Source: an uncultured Candidatus Saccharibacteria bacterium
Lineage (GTDB): Bacteria; Patescibacteriota; Andersenbacteria; UBA10190
NCBI GenBank assembly: GCA_964371255.1
Contig: CAYJKV010000003.1
Location: forward strand, 86,901-150,900
Direction: 5' to 3'
DNA length: 64,000 nucleotides
The notes below the pieces were generated by a model that worked only from the letters and a program-made list of their open reading frames with translations, had not been told where the DNA came from and did not search any database. Made by a program: the position numbers and the translations under genes. Shown piece after piece: positions 1-13,533 of the stretch. The number at the start of each line of letters is the position of its first letter. Position 1 is the stretch's first letter.

Positions 1-128
1 CAGTCGAGGACACCAAACGATTTATGAACGAAAAACATGTGACAAGCGATGAATTCTTGACCATTTACGAGATACTAAGTAATAACCAGCAAAATGCTAT
101 TAAACAGTTGACCAAATCTTCTAAATAG
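1..128 (+). CDS. 3' end of a hypothetical protein (partial)
   Basis: Frame open from position 3 (VEDTKRFMNEKHVTSDEFLTIYEIL...SSK) to TAG at 126-128. Confidence 0.5.
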   Translation, partial: VEDTKRFMNEKHVTSDEFLTIYEILSNNQQNAIKQLTKSSK

Positions 129-219
129 CTTACAAATTAGAGCAGTATTATAGAAACTAATCTAGTTTCTATTTTATTATTAGTAATGATAATTTTCACC
201 TCACACCTAATTTACCTAC

Positions 220-939
220 ATGACGCGTAAAACATCCCATTTAACGGCCACCCCGCGAGCGCATGGCCATAATCAGGAAACCAGGAGACAGGGGAGTATA
301 CCGGCTGTTTTGTATGGTTATGGTTTAGACAATCTTAACGTCCAGATCGACAGCCGCGCTTTCTCAGCTGTCTTTAATAATGCCGGTTATACCTCGCTGA
401 TTACTTTAACTGTTGCGGACGGGGAGCAGAATAAAGAGCACACCGTCTTGATTCGCGACATGCAATTGCACCCGCTGAAAAATACCGTCCAACATATTGA
501 TTTTTATCAACCCCGCCTTGATCAAGCTATTACCGCCAACGTACCCCTTAGCTTCGTTGGTGATGCACCGGCCGTCAAGGACCTGGGAGGTGTGCTAGTT
601 CGGACATTGGACGAAGTTGAACTGGAAGCATTGCCTGTTGATTTGCCACATGATATTGCCGTAGATATTTCCGTTCTCACAGACTTTGCCAAATCTATTT
701 ATATTCAAGATCTGGTTTTGCCGCCTAAAGTGAAACTCCACCACGAGCCGGACGAGACTGTGGCTTTAGTGCAGCCGCCGCGCACTGAAGAAGAGTTAGA
801 AGCCCTCGAAGGCGAAGTCAAAGAAGACGTGCAGAGTGTCGAAGGCGTTGAAGACAAGCCTGCCGCCGAAGGAGAAATCGATGAAGAAGCAGCGAAGACC
901 GAAAAAACTGCCTCCGATAAAGAAGACGCAGCCAAATAA
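220..939 (+). CDS. rplY: 50S ribosomal protein L25/CTC
   Basis: RRQGSIPAVLYG, HIDFY and VEALP..LP motifs; acidic tail. Confidence 0.95.
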   Translation: MTRKTSHLTATPRAHGHNQETRRQGSIPAVLYGYGLDNLNVQIDSRAFSAVFNNAGYTSLITLTVADGEQNKEHTVLIRDMQLHPLKNTVQHIDFYQPRLDQAITANVPLSFVGDAPAVKDLGGVLVRTLDEVELEALPVDLPHDIAVDISVLTDFAKSIYIQDLVLPPKVKLHHEPDETVALVQPPRTEEELEALEGEVKEDVQSVEGVEDKPAAEGEIDEEAAKTEKTASDKEDAAK

Positions 940-1014
940 TCTTTTTTCCGAGTTATCGCTTGCCATGCAAGCTGTCTGCCCAGTTGTTCATTGCCATTTA
1001 AAGGAGGGATATAC

Positions 1015-1215
1015 ATGCCCGAGCCTATCCCTGATAGCATTATCTTGATTCGTCTGCCCAGCTCCCTGGTTAATCGGTCCGTACTAAAGAGTGGCAAGGA
1101 AACAATTCCAGACCTGATCCTGACCCAGCTTCGACCAATCTTAACCGCCAAGCCGAAGATGGAAATTGATATTGAAGGTTTAGAATTCATTATTACCATT
1201 TCTTCCGCGGATTGA
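1015..1215 (+). CDS. small hypothetical protein (66 aa)
   Basis: AAGGAGGG SD before ATG 1015; in frame with track ORF 991..1215. Confidence 0.5.
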   Translation: MPEPIPDSIILIRLPSSLVNRSVLKSGKETIPDLILTQLRPILTAKPKMEIDIEGLEFIITISSAD

Positions 1216-1553
1216 GACTTAACCTATTGTTATTCACAGTTCTTGCTAGCCTGCACCATAATTCATTTGTCCTCCCTCCATCCTTTTTTCGAATTATGTT
1301 GTGCCTGGCCAACTCCTAGCGTTGTGCTGAATAATCATTTGTGGTTGACCGCTACACATGATTAACCCGCCACAATGCTTTTTATTATTTTCCGCCTCGC
1401 TCCTTCGCTTAGACTTATGGTAACAGCGCTGTCCGTTGCAATAATCCTTTGTTCACTCTTGATCCTGCGGCGCTGTGTAGAGATCACTTCTATGAACCGT
1501 CATGAATCCCTAGGCAGCGCCATTTTATTGCATCGCATTGCATCAATCCATTT

Positions 1554-2489
1554 CTATGTTTTATTTTTTATCTCGCCGCCCACCGTTTCATAAATTAACG
1601 GCACCTCTGTCTTCAGCAGCTCCTTAACAAACACCAATCCATCCTCTCCGCCATCCAGCGCCACGCGCGGTTCATATCGCAGTCCCAACTTGTCATTACC
1701 CAAAGTTGCCTGCGCGGTTAGTTCACCTGAGGGAACATATGGTGGATTGCTGACAATTAAATCCACCCTCCTCTCTTTAATGGGTTGTAATAAATCACCC
1801 TGTAAGCAATCAATTTTATCTTTTATGTCAAACCGTCTGGCGTTCTGTCTGGTTACCTTAAGTGCTGCCCCGGATATATCCGTCGCGATCATCCTCCAAT
1901 CACAGCATAATCTCTCTGCCCTCAACCATTTTTCAATTTCCAAACCAATCGTTATAGCTATACATCCGCTGCCTGTACCAATATCCGCGATTATTATTGT
2001 TTCTCTTTCCGTCTCCTTAAGGCCACCCCTCACTAACTTTTTTATATAACTCAAAGCCTCATCAACTAGCTTCTCGGTACTGGGGCGGGGGATTAAGACC
2101 GCTTCGTTTACAGCAAAGGAACGTCCATAAAACTCCCATTCTCCCAGTAAATAGGCCAACGGCTCGCCCGCGCTTCTTCTTGCTAATAACTGTGAAAAAA
2201 GCGCTAATTCTTTTCCGGTCAGCCGCTCCTCCCCATGGGCTATCAGCCAGCTCGCTTCTTTCTTGTTCAGTATCTTCAATAACATCCACTGGGCATCCAG
2301 CCTCGGATCAGACAAATGCTTTAACTGAATAACCGCCTGCGCCAATGCTTGTTTTATCGTCGAGGAAAATAGCGGTTCGTTTGTATCAGTTTGGTGCTTG
2401 GGATCTAGGATTTGATTTGGCATTGGCCCCGTAGGGGTCCCTTGGGGATCATTGGTCATTAGGCATTCTGATGAGTTACTTGAAAGCAA
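1554..2489 (-). CDS. prmC: release factor glutamine methyltransferase HemK/PrmC (true start probably downstream of 2489)
   Basis: GEPLAYLLG, LIPRPSTE, DIGTGSG and NPPY motifs; follows prfA. Confidence 0.93.
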   Translation of the reverse strand: MLSSNSSECLMTNDPQGTPTGPMPNQILDPKHQTDTNEPLFSSTIKQALAQAVIQLKHLSDPRLDAQWMLLKILNKKEASWLIAHGEERLTGKELALFSQLLARRSAGEPLAYLLGEWEFYGRSFAVNEAVLIPRPSTEKLVDEALSYIKKLVRGGLKETERETIIIADIGTGSGCIAITIGLEIEKWLRAERLCCDWRMIATDISGAALKVTRQNARRFDIKDKIDCLQGDLLQPIKERRVDLIVSNPPYVPSGELTAQATLGNDKLGLRYEPRVALDGGEDGLVFVKELLKTEVPLIYETVGGEIKNKT

Positions 2490-2531
2490 AATAATTGGCT
2501 ATGAACAAATTATTTTGTGGATTTCCCCTAA

Positions 2532-3599
2532 TTAAGATTTCGGATTTTCCAATTTTCTCATTTCAACCTTCACTTCCCGAAAAATCTTTTCCCATCCGCC
2601 TTGCATAACCCCTTCAATATTGCTCCAATTCTTCTTGATCCGATGATCAGTTATTCGATCCTGGGGGTAGTTATAAGTACGGATTTTTTCCGACCGGTCA
2701 CCCGTACCCACTTGCTGTTTGCGGTCTCGCGCTTCCTGGTTCATTCTCTTTTCCTCCTCGGCTTCGAGCAGACGCGCTCGAAGCACACTCATCGCTTTAG
2801 CTTTATTCTTGTGTTGACTGCGTTCCTCCTGGACGGCCACCACCGTATTGGTTGGTAAGTGCGTGATCCTCACCGCCGAACTCGTTTTGTTCACGTGCTG
2901 GCCGCCGGCCCCGGACGATCGATAAGTATCAATCCTCAGGTCCTCTGGCTTAATCTCTAAGTCAATTTCTTGCGCTTGCGGCAGTACGGCCACCGTGACC
3001 GTCGAGGTATGGATTCGACCTTGCTTTTCGGTGGCGGGAATTCGTTGCACGCGATGGACGCCCCGTTCATATTTTAAAGTGCCAAAAACATTCTCCCCAT
3101 TGCACTCGGCAATCGCTTCTTTGTAACCGCCTTGCTCGTTTATTGATCGATCCATGAGATGCATTTTCCATCCCTTTTGTTCGGCGTAGCGGGTATATGA
3201 TCGCATCAATTCAGCCGCAAACAAACCAGCCTCGTCTCCTCCCGCCCCCGCCCTAATTTCTAAAATCACGTCGCGCGCATCCCGCGGATCCTGGGGAATT
3301 AATATATCATCAATTTGGCTTTGCGCCTGTTGCTGCTTTTCTCTCAAGGCGATCGCGTCCTCCTCGGCCATTTGCCTTAATTCTGCATCCGTCTCAGTGG
3401 CGGATAATTTATCAGTCGCAGCGATCTCTCCTTCAATTTTCCCCAGTTCCTGCAGCAGTTTTAACAGTCCTTCTTTTTGTTTATGGCTGGCTGTCAGCTC
3501 TTTCATCTTATTGGGATCTAGGCTCACGCGCGGCTGCGCCATCTCTTCCAGTAGATGATTAATTTCTTCCTGCAATTGTTCAACTGTCGGCAATACCAT
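2532..3599 (-). CDS. prfA: peptide chain release factor 1
   Basis: GGQ motif, PAT tripeptide, RSEKIRTYNYPQ. Confidence 0.97.
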   Translation of the reverse strand: MVLPTVEQLQEEINHLLEEMAQPRVSLDPNKMKELTASHKQKEGLLKLLQELGKIEGEIAATDKLSATETDAELRQMAEEDAIALREKQQQAQSQIDDILIPQDPRDARDVILEIRAGAGGDEAGLFAAELMRSYTRYAEQKGWKMHLMDRSINEQGGYKEAIAECNGENVFGTLKYERGVHRVQRIPATEKQGRIHTSTVTVAVLPQAQEIDLEIKPEDLRIDTYRSSGAGGQHVNKTSSAVRITHLPTNTVVAVQEERSQHKNKAKAMSVLRARLLEAEEEKRMNQEARDRKQQVGTGDRSEKIRTYNYPQDRITDHRIKKNWSNIEGVMQGGWEKIFREVKVEMRKLENPKS

Positions 3600-3671
3600 A
3601 AAATCAGCTTCCCCATTATATGAACGAGACCGCTCCTTTTTCTTAATTATATTCTATCGGCCCTTGAGAGG

Positions 3672-3983
3672 TTAACCCAGCTGAATGCGTTTACTGTCCC
3701 GATCTTTCTTTTTAGCCTCTTCTGCCTTCTTTCGCTTCAGGCGAACATGCTTGATCTTAGTTTCAGTCTTTTCCGCTTGGTCGGCCTTGACTAGCCGTTT
3801 TTTAAACTGGTCCACTCGTCCAGCCACATCCACTAGCTTCTGTTTGCCAGTGTAATAAGGGTGGCAGTTTGAACATACTTCCACTTCCATCTTTTTCTCG
3901 GTTGAACCAACTTCCCAGCTGCCGCCGCAAGCGCAAGTTACGGTCGCTTTCTGCTGATATTCCGGGTGAATCTTATTCTTCAT
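3672..3983 (-). CDS. rpmE: 50S ribosomal protein L31 (Zn-binding type)
   Basis: IHPEY..CACG..CSNCHPYYTG. Confidence 0.95.
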   Translation of the reverse strand: MKNKIHPEYQQKATVTCACGGSWEVGSTEKKMEVEVCSNCHPYYTGKQKLVDVAGRVDQFKKRLVKADQAEKTETKIKHVRLKRKKAEEAKKKDRDSKRIQLG

Positions 3984-4069
3984 ACGATATTATACAAAAT
4001 GCTTAGGTTCGATGATTATAGACAAAAAGATTGATTTTTTCAAGTAACTTCTATATTATTTGCTTCATT

Positions 4070-4900
4070 ATGCCAACAACTAAGATAAAAGCCAAAATAA
4101 AGACCCCAAAGCCCCTCCAGGCTATTCCTAGCCTGGTAGACATGCTGGAAGCCGGTGTGCACTTTGGACATGAGCGCAGTAAGAAGAACCCTAAGATGGA
4201 TAACTATATATTCATGCTCCGTAACCGCATGGCTATTATTGACCTGGAAAAGACTCAGGCGGCCCTGGCCAAAGCCTGTGATTTTATTCACCAAATCGCC
4301 TCTACGCCGGGCAAAGAAATCCTCTTTGTGGGTACCAAGCGACAAACGCGGGAAATTATTAAAAAATACGCGGAAGCCACGCAAATGCCCTATGTTACCC
4401 AACGTTGGTTGGGGGGCATGCTCACTAACTTCTCAACCGTCTTGAAAAGCATTGAAAAGTTGGAAGAATTAAAGAGCATGACGACCAATGAAGCCGCCAT
4501 GGAAAAGATGACTAAGAAGGAACGGTCCGTGCACATGAAGTCTATTGAGCGGTTAGAAAAAGTGTTAGAGGGAACAAAGAACCTCAAAAAACCGCCAGCC
4601 GCCTTGATCGTCGTTGGTTCCTATGACGAAAAGCTTGCCGTCCGTGAAGCCGCCCGCGTCCGTATTCCCGTCGTAGCCGTCACTGATACTAACGCTGATC
4701 CGTCACTCGTCGACTACCCGATTCCTGCTAACGACGATGCTATCCGCGCTATCGATCTGATAGTCAACACATTAGCCGTTTCTATTCTCAAGGCTCAAGG
4801 TAAACCAACCGCCGCCCTTAACAAATTACTCGTCACCAAGCTTGCCCCGGTAGAAACTGCCAGCCCGACCGACGAAGTCTCCAAGGACGCTGCGCAATAA
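4070..4900 (+). CDS. rpsB: 30S ribosomal protein S2
   Basis: MLEAGVHFGH, RWLGGMLTN, IPANDD; ATG 4070. Confidence 0.97.
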   Translation: MPTTKIKAKIKTPKPLQAIPSLVDMLEAGVHFGHERSKKNPKMDNYIFMLRNRMAIIDLEKTQAALAKACDFIHQIASTPGKEILFVGTKRQTREIIKKYAEATQMPYVTQRWLGGMLTNFSTVLKSIEKLEELKSMTTNEAAMEKMTKKERSVHMKSIERLEKVLEGTKNLKKPPAALIVVGSYDEKLAVREAARVRIPVVAVTDTNADPSLVDYPIPANDDAIRAIDLIVNTLAVSILKAQGKPTAALNKLLVTKLAPVETASPTDEVSKDAAQ

Positions 4901-4955
4901 GCTATAATAAATATCTACGCCTACTAAATCTATCGCCACATTTTAACTCAATCAT

Positions 4956-5540
4956 ATGGCCACCATGGACCAAATTAAGGAGCTTCGAGCCCGTACTGGG
5001 TGCGGTGTCGTTGACTGTAAGGAAGCGCTAGAGGAAGCAGGGGATGATATTGAACAGGCCATTACAATCCTGCGTAAAAAGGGCAAAGCCCAAGTGGCTA
5101 AGAAAGCCAGCCGTGACACGCGGGAAGGCGTGGTCATGTCTTACATTCATAGCAATAACAAACTTGGCGTCATTGTCACCTTGCTGTGCGAAACCGACTT
5201 TGTCGCTCGCAACTCCAAGTTTCAAGACTTAGCGCGTAACATAGCTATGCACATTGCTGCGATGGATCCATTGGCGGTAAGTCCCGATGATATCGATGAA
5301 TCTTTAGTCGAAGCTGAGCTTAAGCTAGCGCAGGAACAAGCCGCCGAGTCCGGTAAACCGGCCGATATTCAAACGAAAATGGTGGAGGGAAAGATCAACA
5401 AATTCAAAGCAGAACGGGCTCTATTAAAGCAGCCATTCGTGAAGGACCCAACTAAAACCATCGAGGATATCATTCAAGAAACGGTTCAGGAAATTGGCGA
5501 AAATATTACTATTGGTGAGTTTACGCGCCAAGCTATATAG
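4956..5540 (+). CDS. tsf: elongation factor Ts (short form)
   Basis: ELRARTG..DCKEAL, CETDFVA; follows rpsB. Confidence 0.96.
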   Translation: MATMDQIKELRARTGCGVVDCKEALEEAGDDIEQAITILRKKGKAQVAKKASRDTREGVVMSYIHSNNKLGVIVTLLCETDFVARNSKFQDLARNIAMHIAAMDPLAVSPDDIDESLVEAELKLAQEQAAESGKPADIQTKMVEGKINKFKAERALLKQPFVKDPTKTIEDIIQETVQEIGENITIGEFTRQAI

Positions 5541-5670
5541 GAAAAATTAGACCTTTGTCCCTTTTTGCTGTTGTTGAATAGCAAACGGGTATAATATGTT
5601 AATAAGTCAGGCCGATGCGTCTTGGCTTACGTAGCACGTCTTGCTATTATGGTAAAGATTAATTATTTGG

Positions 5671-6894
5671 ATGCTATATAACGTCCTACCGCCGCTAATT
5701 TTTTTCATGTCACTAGGGGGCATAATTATTGTCATTTCTAGGGTTGTGCTTCGGCTGCGCCAACAGCAGCTATTAACTGATTTGCAATCCCATGTCACCC
5801 GTGTTTCTCGCACCCGATTAAATAAGGTTCAGGATTTAGCCGGCCTGCTTGCACCGAACCAAATTAGTGTCCAAAGCTTTAAGAATCGTCTCACGTTTCT
5901 AATCCATAACAGTAAAGAGTCTTGGCAAAAAATGTGGCAGGATATTAGTGACTGGCGAGAGAAAAGACGACGCATAAAAGTCAAAACTGCCCGCCAGCCC
6001 GCAGTCGAAAAAATCCCTGCTCTCACCTCAGACTCTGATTCCCCAGATGCTCCCGCTGTCACTGCCATCAGACAACCCAATTCATTTATGAGAAATAAAA
6101 TTGCGGGGATTGCCGGTAAAGTTAAAAAGACACACTTACCTAAGCCATCAAAATTAACAGCCAAAACTGCTGCCATGTTACAGGTTGTCAAACAAAAAAT
6201 TGCTTCTCTTTCTACTCACCCCAGTCTGCGACGCAAGGATCAAGCTGTCATTTCTACCGACCAATCAACAGGCGAAATTGATCCAACCATCAGCGCCAAT
6301 CAGTTGGCAGTAAAACCAAGTGAGTCTCCTAAACTGCGCATAATCAATACAGATGAAATACCCGCTTCTGCTCCTTCCTCGCCGGTCATGGCTACCATGG
6401 GACACCCCGTTAAAGCCGGCAGCCTCAGCCAGCTTTTTAAAAAAGAACTTAAGAAGTCACCCCTCCAGGAAGCCGCTGAAGCACTAGAACATCTCCAGAC
6501 TAAGCGAGCCGAGGATCTCCTTGTCCCATATATAGTGAAGCATCCCAAAGATACAGATGCCTATATGATGCTGGGTAGAGCCGCGATCAACCGTCATGCT
6601 TGGAACGAAGCAACCGAAATCTTTGAACAGGTTATTAAATTAAAACCAGAAACCGAAGGATGTTACGCGGCCTTGGGTCAAGCGGCTTTAGAAGCCGGCA
6701 ACCTGACAAAAGCCATACAAACCTTGCAGCGTGCGCACGATCAAAATCCGCAAAATGTATTTGTGATCAAATGCCTCTTACAAATTGCCAGCCGTATGGA
6801 CAACCGCCCCCTGCAGCAATCTCTTAACCTCGAGCTACAACAGTTGGAGCAATCAACAGTCCCAAACTCCCAGTCAGTAAGCTCGCCCCCATAA
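5671..6894 (+). CDS. membrane-anchored TPR protein
   Basis: N-terminal TM, low-complexity linker, C-terminal TPR-like helices. Confidence 0.7.
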   Translation: MLYNVLPPLIFFMSLGGIIIVISRVVLRLRQQQLLTDLQSHVTRVSRTRLNKVQDLAGLLAPNQISVQSFKNRLTFLIHNSKESWQKMWQDISDWREKRRRIKVKTARQPAVEKIPALTSDSDSPDAPAVTAIRQPNSFMRNKIAGIAGKVKKTHLPKPSKLTAKTAAMLQVVKQKIASLSTHPSLRRKDQAVISTDQSTGEIDPTISANQLAVKPSESPKLRIINTDEIPASAPSSPVMATMGHPVKAGSLSQLFKKELKKSPLQEAAEALEHLQTKRAEDLLVPYIVKHPKDTDAYMMLGRAAINRHAWNEATEIFEQVIKLKPETEGCYAALGQAALEAGNLTKAIQTLQRAHDQNPQNVFVIKCLLQIASRMDNRPLQQSLNLELQQLEQSTVPNSQSVSSPP

Positions 6895-7288
6895 CAAACC
6901 ACACAAGGTTACCGGTGCCAGTTTGTGCTGTTATTGGCACGGCCGCGACTTCGTTGATATTCTCCTGTACGGACTTAACTTCTACCACATCAAACGCCGC
7001 CTCTTCTGTTATCACCCCTTCTACTTGAGGTTGAGTGCTGATGCTGATGATGGCATTGTTGATCGGCGAGGCAATCATCTCGCTTGGGGAAACTTCCGGT
7101 GCCAAAACGGTTGACGCGTCATTTAAGCTCCGCATTTCTACCACCGCCGCTGGCGGTGGTAGTGCTGCCTTTAAATTGCTGCGCGGCATATCTCCATTCT
7201 GATCGCTAAAATAGACACCTGCCCCAAGCAATACCACTACGATTGTCAGCGCCAACAATGAAAATTTCATCTCAAACATAATAGACAC
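6824..7288 (-). CDS. secreted protein with LPxTG-like sorting signal
   Basis: Signal/TM N-terminus; C-terminal TAQTG plus hydrophobic segment; overlaps the TPR gene end by 71 nt. Confidence 0.55.
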   Translation of the reverse strand: MSIMFEMKFSLLALTIVVVLLGAGVYFSDQNGDMPRSNLKAALPPPAAVVEMRSLNDASTVLAPEVSPSEMIASPINNAIISISTQPQVEGVITEEAAFDVVEVKSVQENINEVAAVPITAQTGTGNLVWFVMGASLLTGSLGLLIAPTVVARG

Positions 7289-7406
7289 ATATATTGTTCA
7301 TATGATATGTACTCTCCGTGCCTGTGATTGTCAACCACTGTTCGCCAGTCAAAAATTAACTGGATAGTCACCAGAAAAAAACATTAAGTGTGTTATTGTT
7401 AATTAC

Positions 7407-7520
7407 ATGAACGGTTTTTCCTTTCAATTTTTCGCCTGGGCCATGTTTTTCATTAGCGCTATTGCTATGCTAACGGTTGGACTCGTTCGTATTTTTTTGG
7501 TTTACCATGTGATCAACTAA
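7407..7520 (+). CDS. 37-aa hydrophobic peptide
   Basis: MNGFSFQFFAWAMFFISAIAMLTVGLVRIFLVYHVIN; below the ORF-track cutoff. Confidence 0.35.
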   Translation: MNGFSFQFFAWAMFFISAIAMLTVGLVRIFLVYHVIN

Positions 7521-7815
7521 ACAACCGGTCTCTATCCAATACTAAGTGCGACAAATTCTGGGCCGATTCCCTCCCTGATAAGAGAGGGGTAGGGATGGGT
7601 TTTTAAACTATTGCCAATCCCAAACCCCTCCGCCTGCCGGCAGAACCCCCCCCTGTACAAGCGAAGATAAGAATCAGATGGAGATAATATGAACAATCTG
7701 AAATTCCTTAAAAAAATAATTACCCCTCATTTTACAGGAATCATTCTTCATTTTGCCATCCGTGTATTTCGAGACGCGCTATTCTTAGAGCATCAGTCTT
7801 TATCGCCTCAACTTT

Positions 7816-8031
7816 ATGCGACGCATAGCAGCCGTTGTATATTTATTCCTTGCTATAGCCAAAATCAACATTAGATCATTGGACATGAGATCCTTCCTCT
7901 TTGTTGCCCTTATATTACTAGCCGTAGTCGTTCTAACAATTGTGTATTTACAATCAAATGTGCAGCCCCCGCAGGGGATTACTCCAATCCTCTCCAGTGT
8001 TCCTTTTTTCAACAACCCTGGTCACGTCTGA
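7816..8031 (+). CDS. small membrane protein (start may be 7885)
   Basis: Single TM FLFVALILLAVVVLTIVYL. Confidence 0.4.
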   Translation: MRRIAAVVYLFLAIAKINIRSLDMRSFLFVALILLAVVVLTIVYLQSNVQPPQGITPILSSVPFFNNPGHV

Positions 8032-8143
8032 CAACCATGTCCCTCTCCCTTCATCGAGGGGGGTAGTCCAAGACGGTGACGATAAAATAATCCGCATCAA
8101 AAATCTGGCAGTCCTCACATCTCAATAAACGTCGCTGCAAATT

Positions 8144-8578
8144 TTACCGCGCGCGTCGGCGTTTTTTCAGTTCCGCCACCTTTAATCTCGCCAGATTTAG
8201 TTCAATCAAACCCATCGCGTCTGCCAAAGCGACCTCGTCCTTTTGTGTCCGGCGCATTTCCTGGGCGTGTTCCAGCGCTTCCTTGGCTTTCATCTCATCA
8301 ATATCATCCGCTCGTTCGGCTACATCGGCTAGGACTCGAACACGCTTAGCATCGATCTCCGCGAACCCTCCTGCCGTTGCGATGTGTTCTAAATGATCAG
8401 GGGTATCCGTCGGCGTTCTTTTTATATAGATGACACCCGGTTTAATAATCGTCACCAGCGGTTCATGGTTAGCCAGCACGCCGATTTCACCCTCTGCTGT
8501 GGGCAAGATGACGCTATACACCTCTTCTTGCCAGGTCAAGCCTTCTGGCGTCACAACCTCAAAAGAAATCGCGGGCAT
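8144..8578 (-). CDS. atpC: ATP synthase epsilon
   Basis: EVVTPEG, GEIGVLANHEP; operon position. Confidence 0.95.
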   Translation of the reverse strand: MPAISFEVVTPEGLTWQEEVYSVILPTAEGEIGVLANHEPLVTIIKPGVIYIKRTPTDTPDHLEHIATAGGFAEIDAKRVRVLADVAERADDIDEMKAKEALEHAQEMRRTQKDEVALADAMGLIELNLARLKVAELKKRRRAR

Positions 8579-8587
8579 ATTCCAGTA

Positions 8588-10823
<2,236 letters not shown>

Positions 10824-10834
10824 CTGGTCTCTCC

Positions 10835-12367
10835 TTACGCACTAAAGCGGCTGGCCACCTCGGCCGCTGCTTTGGTTAACGTCTCCCGATCTTCATCGGG
10901 TAATACGCCCTCGGTCCGAATTTTTTCCATAATCCCGGCGTGTTGCTTTTTCAGGGCACTTTCGACTGCTCGTTCCGCTTCTTTAATTTTCGCTAACGCC
11001 ACGGTATCAAAGGCACCCGACGTCACGGCCAGTAGCACTACTACCTGCTCGTCCACGCTCTTCGGCTCATATTGGTCCTGTTTAAGAATTTCTGTCAGAC
11101 GCTGGCCGCGTTCAATTCGTCGCTTCGTTTCTGGATCCAGGTCCGTGGCAAACTGGGCAAAGGCTGCTAGCTCTCGGAACTGTGCCAATTCCAACCGCAG
11201 CTTACCGGCCACGGCTTTCATAGCTTTTGTTTGGGCGCTGCTGCCGACGCGCGACACGGACAAACCGACATTCAAAGCCGGTCGTATACCCTGGTAGAAC
11301 AGATCACTTTCCAGGTAAATTTGCCCATCCGTTATAGAAATAACATTGGTTGGAATATATGCCGACACATCATTAGCTTGTGTTTCAATAATCGGCAAGG
11401 CTGTTAATGATCCTCCGCCATGTTCTGGTGATAACTTAGCTGCCCGTTCCAACAAGCGCGAGTGCAGATAGAACACATCACCCGGATAAGCCTCCCGTCC
11501 CGGTGGACGGCGTAATAACAGCGATATCTGACGATAGGCTACCGCGTGCTTGGACAAATCATCATAAATAATCAGAGCGTCTTTACCGTTATCCCGGAAA
11601 TATTCACCCATCGCGCAGCCGGCATAGGGCGCGATAAACTGCAATGCCGCCGGATCCGCCGCCGATGTTGCTACCACAATCGTGCTATCCAGCGCGCCTT
11701 CTTCGCGCAGCCGATCAACGATGCGGGCCACTGTACTCATCTTTTGTCCAATGGCCACGTAGATTGAGATCACGCCGCTGTTCTGCTTGTGCTGGTTGAT
11801 GATTGTATCCACCGCGATCGCTGTTTTGCCTGTTTGGCGATCGCCGATAATCAGTTCCCGCTGGCCGCGGCCGATCGGTATCATCGCATCAATGGCTTTG
11901 ATACCTGTCATCAACGGCTGCTTCACCGACTGCCGTGTAATGACACCCGGGGCAATTTTTTCGACCGCCCCAGTCTGGGTAGTGGACACAGCTCCTTGGC
12001 CGTCTAACGGCAAGCCTAAGGGATTGACCACGCGTCCGACCAGTTCTGGGCCAACCGGCACTGATAACACTTGATGGGTTAAGAATGCCTTCGCGCCAGC
12101 TTTAATTTCTGTTTCGTTGGCTAATAAGACGGCTCCGATTTGGTCTGTTTCTAAATTCAAAGCAAAAGCGGTGGCTGTCTTGCCTGGCACAGTGGTTTCA
12201 ATATTAATCATTTCGTTGTAGCCACATTCTTGCAGGCCGTATATCCACACGATTCCGTCACTGACTTTGGTCACAATACCGAAAGTCTTTAAATCGGTCG
12301 AAGTGTCTAAACCGTGCAAAGCGGCTTGCAGTTCTTTGGCTAATATTTCTCCTGTTATTTCAGTCAT
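10835..12367 (-). CDS. atpA: ATP synthase alpha
   Basis: [29 protein letters not shown]. Confidence 0.98.
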   Translation of the reverse strand: MTEITGEILAKELQAALHGLDTSTDLKTFGIVTKVSDGIVWIYGLQECGYNEMINIETTVPGKTATAFALNLETDQIGAVLLANETEIKAGAKAFLTHQVLSVPVGPELVGRVVNPLGLPLDGQGAVSTTQTGAVEKIAPGVITRQSVKQPLMTGIKAIDAMIPIGRGQRELIIGDRQTGKTAIAVDTIINQHKQNSGVISIYVAIGQKMSTVARIVDRLREEGALDSTIVVATSAADPAALQFIAPYAGCAMGEYFRDNGKDALIIYDDLSKHAVAYRQISLLLRRPPGREAYPGDVFYLHSRLLERAAKLSPEHGGGSLTALPIIETQANDVSAYIPTNVISITDGQIYLESDLFYQGIRPALNVGLSVSRVGSSAQTKAMKAVAGKLRLELAQFRELAAFAQFATDLDPETKRRIERGQRLTEILKQDQYEPKSVDEQVVVLLAVTSGAFDTVALAKIKEAERAVESALKKQHAGIMEKIRTEGVLPDEDRETLTKAAAEVASRFSA

Positions 12368-12710
12368 GGCTCATCAATTGGTTAAGTTTAGATCGAACTG
12401 AAGCGTCGATTTCGCTATCGGTGGTGCGCGCGATAAATCCTCCCAGGATGGTTGGATCCACCACCGTTTGCGCGTCCAAATTATCTACGCCCAATTTCAT
12501 TTTCATCATGGCGGTTATCCTCTCTACCAGGGATTTATCAATCGGCCGGGCAGTAATAATTTCTACCTTAGGCTGTTTTATTTTCTGGCCTGATATTTCT
12601 GCCAGTTCATTAATAACATTGGTCGCATTATCTACGCCATATTCTTTAGCATAGCGGGTCAAGATGGGCAAAAATGCTTTAGCCAATTCTCTGGCAGAGT
12701 AACGCGTCAT
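12360..12710 (-). CDS. atpH: ATP synthase delta (short)
   Basis: [17 protein letters not shown]; operon position. Confidence 0.88.
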   Translation of the reverse strand: MTRYSARELAKAFLPILTRYAKEYGVDNATNVINELAEISGQKIKQPKVEIITARPIDKSLVERITAMMKMKLGVDNLDAQTVVDPTILGGFIARTTDSEIDASVRSKLNQLMSHD

Positions 12711-13266
12711 ATTTTTGGCTGGTTCTCCACCGCTTCCAGCGCCTTGATTATTAAGGCCTGGTCGCTGGCTGTGTCTAGTTTAGTATTAATCATTTTTTCC
12801 GTGGCTTGCGCAACTAATTCCACAGTTTCGTTTTTTAGCTGATCCTTAATCTTTGCTAAGTCTTGGTTGACCTTTTCCTGCGCTTTTTCCACAATTTTCT
12901 CCGCCCTTTGCGCCGCTTTTTCCTCCGCCGTCTTAATAATATCGGTCGCCTGGGTGCGGCCCTGGCTGATGGCTTCATCAATTTTAGTTTGCGCTTTTTG
13001 CATCATTTCCTGTTGTTGTATAGTCCAGGTCTCTTTCATTGTTTCCATCTCTTTGCTCGCGCGCAGCGACTCCTCAATCCGTTGTCGTCGACTATCCAAC
13101 AGTTTCAGAATCGGTTTGTACGCCACGAAGCGCAGGATAACTAGCAGCAGCGTAAAGTTAATTACTTGGAAAAGTAATGCTTTACCGTCAAATCCCAGCG
13201 CCGCGAAGCCGGTGGGGCCTTGCTCCGCTACTGCCTCGGTAGCTGCCTGGACAGCGTTAATAAACA

Positions 13267-13267
<1 letters not shown>
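12707..13267 (-). CDS. atpF: ATP synthase b
   Basis: FQVINFTLLL..YKPILKLLDSR, coiled coil. Confidence 0.93.
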
Positions 13268-13509
<242 letters not shown>

Positions 13510-13533
13510 TTAGTTAAATAATTAAAAATTAAT

